Source: an uncultured Lachnospiraceae bacterium
Lineage (GTDB): Bacteria; Bacillota; Clostridia; Lachnospirales; Lachnospiraceae
DNA: 64,000 nucleotides
Assembly: GCA_947652925.1 (NCBI GenBank)
Contig: CANTEW010000009.1
Span: forward strand, 206-64,205
Direction: 5' to 3'
Shown here piece by piece: positions 36,145-43,139 of this stretch (the first letter of the stretch is position 1; each line of letters opens with the position of its first letter). The notes below the pieces were generated by a model, which ran no database searches, was not told the DNA's origin, and was given only the letters and a program-made list of their open reading frames with translations. The position numbers were made by a program, and so were the translations under genes.

Positions 36145-37038
36145 ATGGATTTTAAACAACTCCGATCGTATATCGCGGTGGTAAAATATAAGAGTTTCAC
36201 AATAGCGGCTGAGAAACTGGGGATCTCGCAGCCAACGATCAGTACTCATATCCGGATCCTGGAAGGGGAGCTGGATTCCCAGTTAGTCACCCGCACATCC
36301 AAGAATTTTGAGATCACGCCCAGGGGCTGGGAATTATATGAATGCGCCCAGAGCATCTTGAAACTGCGGGATGATATGGTGGACCGATGGAATGGAAAAG
36401 AGCCGAAGGTGATCCGTCTCGGCGCTTCCACGATCCCATCGGCCTATATCTTGCCGGAAGTCCTGCCAGCCTATGAAAAACAGCATAAAGACGTATGTTT
36501 TGTGATCGAGCAGGGCGATAGCTGCGGTATCATCGAGGCTGTACATAAAGGCAGTTTTGATATCGGGCTGGTAGGCATGCGGACGGATGATGATGCGTTG
36601 GAGTTCCAGCAGTTCTACCAGGACCGCATGGTCCTCATCACACCCGCTACAGAGCGTTATCTGGCTATGCAGGAGCGCGATCCGGTCCCGTTGGAGGAAC
36701 TGTTGGCTGAACCCATGATCTTGCGGGAGCAGGGCAGCGGGACAGGAAAGAGCGCGGAGAGGCTCCTGGAGAAGCTGGGCATCGCAGGGGACAGTCTGTC
36801 AGTAACGGCCAGGATCAACGACCCGGAATCGATCTAGAATCTGGTCGCGGGAGGGCTGGGTGTGTCGATCATATCGGAAAAGGCCGTACAGGGTTATCTG
36901 GAACCCCGGCGTCTCTTGAAATTTGCACTCCCTAGCGATCTGTCGGAGAGACAGTTCTATATGATCTACCAGAAAGGTTGTATATTAAAGGATTATGTAG
37001 AAAGATTTTCCGATCATCTTATGAAGTTTTATCAATAA
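36145..37038 (+). pseudogene. LysR-family transcriptional regulator interrupted by a single in-frame TAG (36835-36837)
   Basis: It has the HTH FTIAAEKLGISQPTISTHIRILE. ORF 36145..36837 ends ...INDPESI*. The same frame continues NLVAGGLGVSIISEKAV... to TAA 37036-37038, giving a normal 297-codon LysR length. Confidence 0.6.
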
Positions 37039-37051
37039 GGAGAAAACAGGC

Positions 37052-37825
37052 ATGGTTTCTGAAAAGAAATACTATGTAGGGATCGATATCGGTTCTACAG
37101 CGTCAAAAACTGTGGTACTGGAGGAGAGTAAAGTGGTGGATCACTTTGTGCTGCCTACGGGTTGGAACGGACGGGAGACTGCACAGTGTATCCATCAGAA
37201 ACTGGAAGAAGACGGATACGCCGCCGCTATGTGCTGTGTGGCGACCGGTTACGGCAGGGTCTGTGTGGATTATGCCGATAAGATCATAACGGAGATCACC
37301 TGTCATGGAAAAGGCGGATGGGCGTTGTTTGAAAAAGACGCGACGATCATCGATGTGGGCGGGCAGGATACGAAGATCATCAAAGTGGCGCAGGGACAGG
37401 TGATCGATTTTCTCATGAATGATAAATGCGCCGCGGGGACAGGTAAATTCATCGAGGTCATGGCTAACCGCCTGGGAGTTTCCCTGGAAGGATTGTATCA
37501 GCTCGCTGAAAACGGCGAACCCCTCTCGATCAGCGCTATGTGTACAGTCTTTGCGGAATCAGAGGTGATCAGCCATATCGGTATGGGAGAGCGAAGGGAA
37601 GATATCGCCGCCGGGGTGGTCCATTCTGTCGCTTCCCGCGTATCGAGCCTTGCTTCCCGTTTCGGCATCAGCGGGGAGCTGGCTCTCACAGGAGGGCTGT
37701 GCGACAGCCCCTATTTCATCCGGGTCCTTTCGGAAAGATTAGAGCAGCCTGTCCAGACCCATCCTTTTGCCCGGTACGCCGGTGCGCTTGGGGCGGCTCT
37801 GGCGGCGGAAGGGAGGAGAACATGA
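37052..37825 (+). CDS. BcrAD/BadFG/HgdC-type ATPase (activator of 2-hydroxyacyl-CoA-dehydratase-family enzymes)
   Basis: 257 aa with YYVGIDIGSTASKTVVL (ASKHA phosphate-1), DVGGQDTK and NDKCAAGTGKFIEVMA (cluster-bridging Cys region). Confidence 0.85.
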   Translation: MVSEKKYYVGIDIGSTASKTVVLEESKVVDHFVLPTGWNGRETAQCIHQKLEEDGYAAAMCCVATGYGRVCVDYADKIITEITCHGKGGWALFEKDATIIDVGGQDTKIIKVAQGQVIDFLMNDKCAAGTGKFIEVMANRLGVSLEGLYQLAENGEPLSISAMCTVFAESEVISHIGMGERREDIAAGVVHSVASRVSSLASRFGISGELALTGGLCDSPYFIRVLSERLEQPVQTHPFARYAGALGAALAAEGRRT

Positions 37826-38958
37826 TCTATCTGGATTCTTCAGCGACTTCTTTTTTGAAACCGCCGCAGGTGGCGCATGCGGTCTGTCAGGCGTTCCAGA
37901 ACATGGGGAATGCCGGGCGGGGTGCGCATGCGGCGACTCTGGGGGCTTCCCGCATGCTCTACGATACCAGGGAAAAACTGGCCGGGCTTTTTAATATCGC
38001 GGATCCGGCGCGCATCTGTTTTACATGCAATGCCACAGAGTCTTTGAATATCGCCGTCCATGGGCTGATCTGCGGAGGCGACCATGTGATCACAACGGTC
38101 TGTGAACACAATTCTGTCCTGCGGCCGCTGTATGCAAAGGAACAGGAGGGAGCGTCCCTGTCGATCCTGCCTGCGGATGAGAAAGGCAGGATCATCTATG
38201 AGAGACTGGAAGATCTTCGCAGAGAGGATACAAAAGCCGTGGTGATCACCCATGCCTCGAACCTTACGGGGAATGTGACAGACCTTCTTAAGATATCTGC
38301 TCTTACCCGCAGATACGGTCTGCTCCTGATCGTGGATGCCTCCCAGACCGCTGGCTCTATCCCCATAGATGTGGAGGAGATGGGCATTGACGTCCTCTGT
38401 TTTACAGGACATAAGGGGCTGATGGGTCCCCAGGGCACAGGGGGTATCTATGTGCGGAAAGGGTTGTCGCCCAGACCGTTAAAAGTGGGCGGCAGTGGTG
38501 TACACAGTTTCGATAAGATGCATCCGGTGGACATGCCCACAGCGTTGGAGGCCGGGACTTTGAACGGCCATGGGATAGCAGGATTAAATGCGGCTATTGA
38601 TTTTATCAATGAGACGGGGGTAGGGGCCATCCATGAGAAAGAAGATGCATTGGCCAGGCGATTTATAAAAGGTATGGCAGATATCCCGCAGGTGATCCTC
38701 TACGGCGACCTGGAGGCAGATCTGCGGGCGCCTATCGTATCTCTGAATATCGGGGATGTGGATTCCGCCTTTGTCAGCGATATCTTATGGGAAGACTATG
38801 AGATCTGTGTCCGCGCCGGCGCCCACTGCGCGCCTTTGATGCACCATGCTCTGGGGACGGTGGGGCAGGGGGCGGTGCGGTTCAGTTTTTCTTATTTTAA
38901 TACGGAGGACGAAGTGGATACCGCTATAAGAGCGATACGGGAGATCGCGGAGGAGTAA
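37822..38958 (+). CDS. Class V aminotransferase, cysteine desulfurase / selenocysteine-lyase-like (short N-terminus type)
   Basis: ATG 37822 overlaps the preceding stop (ATGA). It has MIYLDSSATSF, HASNLTG, and FTGHKGLMGPQGTGG (PLP-Lys context), with Cys in RAGAHCAP. Confidence 0.8.
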   Translation: MIYLDSSATSFLKPPQVAHAVCQAFQNMGNAGRGAHAATLGASRMLYDTREKLAGLFNIADPARICFTCNATESLNIAVHGLICGGDHVITTVCEHNSVLRPLYAKEQEGASLSILPADEKGRIIYERLEDLRREDTKAVVITHASNLTGNVTDLLKISALTRRYGLLLIVDASQTAGSIPIDVEEMGIDVLCFTGHKGLMGPQGTGGIYVRKGLSPRPLKVGGSGVHSFDKMHPVDMPTALEAGTLNGHGIAGLNAAIDFINETGVGAIHEKEDALARRFIKGMADIPQVILYGDLEADLRAPIVSLNIGDVDSAFVSDILWEDYEICVRAGAHCAPLMHHALGTVGQGAVRFSFSYFNTEDEVDTAIRAIREIAEE

Positions 38959-38966
38959 GAGCCATC

Positions 38967-39203
38967 ATGAGAGAGAAGAAGAAATATATGGTCTTATCAT
39001 TTCATTCCACCACCGAGGCCATATCCTTTGAAAAACAATGCATCCAAGATCAGATCCCCGGACGGCTGATCCCCATCCCCCGGGAGATCACTGCCGGATG
39101 CGGATTGGCCTGGCGCATCCCGGCAGATGAGTATCCCTCTTGCCGGCAGATGATCCAGGACCGGCAGATGAAATACCAGGATATAACAGAACTATCATTA
39201 TAG
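38967..39203 (+). CDS. DUF3343-like small protein (putative Se/S carrier family)
   Basis: 78 aa. VLSFHSTTEAISFEKQC...GRLIPIPREITAGCGLAWRI fits the DUF3343 pattern (F.st..A...E......g.l.P.P..i...CG.a.r). Confidence 0.6.
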   Translation: MREKKKYMVLSFHSTTEAISFEKQCIQDQIPGRLIPIPREITAGCGLAWRIPADEYPSCRQMIQDRQMKYQDITELSL

Positions 39204-39222
39204 AAAGAGGAGGAAAGATATT

Positions 39223-40365
39223 ATGGAACTGCGAAAAGAGCTGCCTGAGATCTTTGAAGATTTTGCCGAGGGGAGGAGGAATGCGTTTCTTAACGTAAAG
39301 AAGATCAAAGACCAGGATAAACCGGTCATCGGGATCTTCTGTACATATTTCCCCCAGGAGCTGGCTGTAGCCATGGGCGCCGCCGTCGTTTCTCTGTGCG
39401 CCACATCCGACGAGACGATCCCGGCGGCGGAAGCAGACTTGCCGAAAAACCTCTGCCCGCTGATCAAATCCAGCTACGGATTTGGAAAGACTGACAAATG
39501 TCCGTTTTTCTTTTTCTCAGATCTGGTGGTGGGAGAGACAACCTGTGACGGGAAAAAGAAAATGTATGAGTACATGGCGGATTTCAAACCGGTACACATC
39601 ATGGAGCTGCCAAACTGCCCCACAGAGATGGGCGTGGAGATGTATAGGAAAGAGATCATCCGCATGAAAGAAAAGCTGGAAGAAGTCTTCGGCGTGACGA
39701 TCACAGAAGATGATATCCGCCGGGGTATCCAGGTCAAAAATGCGGAGAGGGCCGCGCTGAAGAGATTGTATTCGGTCATGAAGGCAGACCCGGCTCCGAT
39801 CACCGGCACAGACCTGATGAACACCCTTGTGGCCACGACCTTTAACTTCGAGCGCGAGAAGATCCCGGCACAGATGGACGCCTTAGTGGAGAAGATCAAG
39901 AAAGAGAGCAAGGCTACGGAGAAGAGACCAAGGATCTTGATCACAGGATGTCCCATGGGCGGCGCCACCATGAAAGTTGTGGAGGCTGTAGAAGAGAACG
40001 GTGCGGCTGTCGTCGCTTTTGAGAACTGTTCAGGAGCGAAATCTGTGGAAGAAAATGTAGACGAGTCGATCTCTGACGTATACGAAGCTCTTGCCAGGAA
40101 ATATATCAATATCGGATGTTCCTGTATGACTCCCAACGACAATAGGATCAAATTATTAAATAGTATGATCGACGAATATAATGTGGACGGCGTGATCGAT
40201 ATGGAACTGCAGGCCTGCCATACATATGCGGTGGAAGCGCTTCGGATCAAACGTTTTGTCAACGATGAGAAGAAGATACCGTATATGAACCTGGAGACAG
40301 ATTACTCCCAGTCAGATGTGGGACAGTTGAAGACGAGGATCGCCGCGTTCATTGAGATGCTGTAA
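39223..40365 (+). CDS. 2-hydroxyacyl-CoA dehydratase / benzoyl-CoA reductase-family protein, single-subunit Cys-rich type (double-cubane-cluster-protein-like)
   Basis: 380 aa with 11 Cys, including NLCPLIKSSYG, ETTCDGKKK, ITGCPMGG and ENCSGAKS. It is co-operonic with an HgdC-type ATPase. Confidence 0.7.
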   Translation: MELRKELPEIFEDFAEGRRNAFLNVKKIKDQDKPVIGIFCTYFPQELAVAMGAAVVSLCATSDETIPAAEADLPKNLCPLIKSSYGFGKTDKCPFFFFSDLVVGETTCDGKKKMYEYMADFKPVHIMELPNCPTEMGVEMYRKEIIRMKEKLEEVFGVTITEDDIRRGIQVKNAERAALKRLYSVMKADPAPITGTDLMNTLVATTFNFEREKIPAQMDALVEKIKKESKATEKRPRILITGCPMGGATMKVVEAVEENGAAVVAFENCSGAKSVEENVDESISDVYEALARKYINIGCSCMTPNDNRIKLLNSMIDEYNVDGVIDMELQACHTYAVEALRIKRFVNDEKKIPYMNLETDYSQSDVGQLKTRIAAFIEML

Positions 40366-40396
40366 AAGATATAGGAGAAGATCAGGAGGGATCAAG

Positions 40397-41014
40397 ATGA
40401 TACAGGTAAATGCTATGGGCGACGCATGCCCGATACCAGTTGTCAAGACAAAAAACGCGATCAGGGAGCTGTCAGGCCCCGGCATTGTGGAGACCCTGGT
40501 GGACAATGAGATCGCCGTACAGAACCTTACAAAGATGGCAAACCAGAAAGGGTACGGGGTCAAGTCAGAAAAACTGGGCGCGGATCAGTATAAAGTGACC
40601 ATGACAGTGGGAGAGGGCGCCGAGATGCCCCAGGAAGGCGAGGAGGAAGTCTGCCTTGTGGAACCCGGCCAGCAGAAAAAGAAGATCGTGGCGGTCATCT
40701 CTTCACCGAATATGGGTGACGGAGACGAGGGATTAGGCAGGACTCTCATGAAAGGGTTCATCTATGCGCTGAGCCAGCAGGACGTCCTGCCGGAGACGAT
40801 CCTCTTCTATAACGGCGGGGCGGCACTGAGCTGCGAGGGTTCCCCGGCACTGGAAGATTTAAAGAGCCTGGAAGCCCAGGGCGTGGAGATCCTCACCTGC
40901 GGGACCTGCCTGGATTTCTATGGTTTAAAAGACAAACTGCAGGTGGGCGATGTGACAAATATGTATGTGATCGTTGAAAAAATGGTGGGCGCCCACTTGA
41001 TCGTAAAACCATAA
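40397..41014 (+). CDS. yedF: YedF-like selenium-metabolism protein (TusA/SirA-like N-domain + DsrE-like C-domain)
   Basis: ATG 40397 follows AGGAGG. It has VNAMGDACPIPVVKTK (CPxP motif), and the C-terminal half with TCGTCLDFYG resembles DsrE-fold proteins. Confidence 0.65.
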   Translation: MIQVNAMGDACPIPVVKTKNAIRELSGPGIVETLVDNEIAVQNLTKMANQKGYGVKSEKLGADQYKVTMTVGEGAEMPQEGEEEVCLVEPGQQKKKIVAVISSPNMGDGDEGLGRTLMKGFIYALSQQDVLPETILFYNGGAALSCEGSPALEDLKSLEAQGVEILTCGTCLDFYGLKDKLQVGDVTNMYVIVEKMVGAHLIVKP

Positions 41015-41025
41015 GGAGACAGATC

Positions 41026-42144
41026 ATGGATCACGCAGAATTGATAAAACGCATGAGTGAGCAGAAAAACGAGATGACTGCGGCAGAGAGGATCAAAGCC
41101 TATAATGCAGGGGAAGAGGTGGACTATCAGCCTTATACCCTGCAGGCGCCGGATCCGGCCATGGCAGACATCTTCGGCTTTACTACCACGCAGTTCGCAA
41201 AAGACTTTGAGGTAAAAAGTGAAGTAATCCGAAGGCGCAGGGAAGAATTTGGTCTGGACAGCTTTAATGTGGGATTGGGGCTGAAGACGATCGGTGGGGC
41301 ACTTGGCTCCACCCTTGCCGCGCCGGAACATGGCATCGATTATGTGGCGGATCATATCTTAAAAGATTATAAAGACTTTGACGCTCTGGAAGTGACAGAC
41401 CCGTATAAAAACCCAAAACTCGCGCCTATCCTGGAGAGTGCGAAAAGACTGAAAGATCGTTTTCCGGATGTGAGCATGACCACCAGCGTGGCAGGTCCGA
41501 TCTCCACAGCCATTGCTGTGAGGCCGGTGGAGATGGTCCTGCGGGACACGGTGAAAAATCCTGCGATGCTGCACAGACTGCTGGATCTTACGGTGGAGTG
41601 TTCCCTGCGATGGTTTGAAGCCTTCTATCATGAGTTCGGACCTGTGGGGACGAATTTCTCCGATCCGGTGACTTGTATGGATGTGATCAGCAAGAAACAA
41701 TTCGACGAGTTCTCGCTCCCCTACATCAAGAGATTGATCGACGGGACAGAAAAGATCATGGGGTCCCGTCCGGGCGCGCATATCTGCGGAAAGACAAACC
41801 CTATCTGGAGCGACCTTGCAGACGCCGGGCTGTTCTCCTTCAGTATCGACAACTGTGAAGATCTGGAAGTGGCAAAAAACGCCGTGGGAGACAGGATGCG
41901 GATCGCGGGGAATGTCCCGCCCATAGAGGTGATGAAAGAGGGGACGATCGACGATGTGATCGCTTCCTGTAGAGAATGTATGAGAAAATGTGCGGATAAT
42001 CCGTCGGGCTTCATATTAAATACAGGATGTCAACTCCCCATCGGGACGCCGAAAGAGAATGTGGAGGCGTTCATCTATGCGGCGCGGAAATATGGACGCG
42101 GCGCAAGGCTGGGATGCGTACCGAAAGGGTTAGAAGAAGAGTAA
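41026..42144 (+). CDS. URO-D-superfamily protein of the MtaA/CmuA (corrinoid:thiol methyltransferase) type
   Basis: 372 aa with the (beta/alpha)8 URO-D pattern. Candidate Zn ligands are AHICG (HxC) and NTGCQLP. Confidence 0.65.
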   Translation: MDHAELIKRMSEQKNEMTAAERIKAYNAGEEVDYQPYTLQAPDPAMADIFGFTTTQFAKDFEVKSEVIRRRREEFGLDSFNVGLGLKTIGGALGSTLAAPEHGIDYVADHILKDYKDFDALEVTDPYKNPKLAPILESAKRLKDRFPDVSMTTSVAGPISTAIAVRPVEMVLRDTVKNPAMLHRLLDLTVECSLRWFEAFYHEFGPVGTNFSDPVTCMDVISKKQFDEFSLPYIKRLIDGTEKIMGSRPGAHICGKTNPIWSDLADAGLFSFSIDNCEDLEVAKNAVGDRMRIAGNVPPIEVMKEGTIDDVIASCRECMRKCADNPSGFILNTGCQLPIGTPKENVEAFIYAARKYGRGARLGCVPKGLEEE

Positions 42145-42229
42145 AGTATATGCCGCCTGGAGATAAATGTCATCTATGGGCGGCATGTTCATCGATCTGA
42201 CCGTGTGATCTTATGCTGGGAGAAAGATC

Positions 42230-42592
42230 TTACTTTTTCCCATATCTTTCGACGTATCTTTTGGCTTCCTCGCTGGAGATAGGATATCTCACCTGTATCC
42301 GGGATATGGTATCCTGCTCACTCTCGCCAAATTCCTGGCAGGTCTCTATCAATATCTTGATGCCGTCTTCTCGTTCTTCTTGTCTGCCCTCTTTTCTCCC
42401 CTCTTCTTTTTCGATCTCGATATTTTCCAGATCGCGCATATATAGAGTCATATATTCCCGCCTCCATTTCCGGTCCATTTTTGCCTTTTTCACTGCTTTG
42501 TCCAGTCTGATGATATAAGGATCGTCTATAGGCTCTTTTCCGACCATATAATCCAGGAAAGCTTTGAGCCCGTCGCTGACGTCATCCATCAC
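42230..42592 (-). pseudogene. C-terminal fragment of an Rpn/YhgA-like recombination-promoting nuclease / putative transposase
   Basis: The 120-aa ORF has a GTG start. KAVKKAKMDRKWRREYMTLYMRDLENIEIEKEEGRKEGRQEEREDG is the characteristic tail of that family, and the PD-(D/E)XK N-terminal domain is absent. The MITE-like element begins 49 nt upstream. Confidence 0.55.
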
Positions 42593-42640
42593 GTCCGTAT
42601 TTTTTGGTTGTTCCTTTCCATCCGGATCCTCCTCTGCTCT

Positions 42641-42803
42641 GGAGTGTGTTTGAAAAATGCTTTATGTCAACCGTAAGTCACAATTTGTGGGAGATTTGCC
42701 TCGAATGAAGGCGGCGTAGCGGGCTACGGCAACTGAATAAGGGGCAGATATACCGCAAAGTGGGGCGTACGGATGGCGTGAATGATTTTTCAAACACGCT
42801 CTA
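42641..42803 (+). mobile_element. Intact MITE-like element (~160 bp) with terminal inverted repeats
   Basis: GAGTGTGTTTGAAAAAT (42642-42658) versus ATTTTTCAAACACGCTC (42785-42801) gives a 16/17 inverted match. The core palindrome is CGTAGC-GG-GCTACG (42715-42728). There is no ORF, and related copies lie elsewhere in the window. Confidence 0.7.
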
Positions 42804-42990
42804 GAACGTGTCTATTATATACAGAGATTTCTGAAAAAACAATGGCTTTTACATGATCTAAAATGGTTCGGTGATGGTCTGAGGATAATATTTGATAGAA
42901 AAGTGGAGATAAGGGCGGATATATATTGATATGGCAGATCCTTCCAGATCGTATCAGATATTTGTAAGATCCAAGCTATTTACAGGATTT

Positions 42991-43013
42991 AGAGGGCTTT
43001 CAAACACGTAGAG
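42991..43013 (-). repeat. Solo end-like motif of the MITE family (hairpin variant)
   Basis: AGAGGGCTTTCAAACACGTAGAG. Its reverse complement CTCTACGTGTTTGAAAGCCCTCT matches the motif at 30575..30595. Confidence 0.4.
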
Positions 43014-43139
43014 TACTTTGTTATCTGCTCTGATATCATGTGGAGATCAGATAAAAATTAGATACTGATCAGAGATTATTTAGAGATACCTATGATAGGA
43101 TCTATAGCAAAGAATAGATGACGATCAAAGGAGGTACAG

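Noticed and set aside
35418-36200. ORFs 35418..35678 (+) and 35451..36200 (-).
   Set aside because: Both run through the MITE-like repeat copy. The minus ORF also lies antisense to the TfoX-domain gene. Neither has motifs or an RBS.
36835-36837. Reading the in-frame TAG of the LysR gene as pyrrolysine, given the MtaA-like gene nearby.
   Set aside because: No pyl genes and no methylamine methyltransferase are visible. A regulator is an unlikely Pyl protein. A nonsense mutation or sequencing error is the simpler explanation. It is kept only as something to exclude.
37052-42144. Selenocysteine (in-frame TGA) recoding within the Se/S-related operon.
   Set aside because: All six ORFs are uninterrupted, of normal family length, and separated by at most 31 nt. 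There is no truncated ORF or gap that would suggest a read-through TGA.
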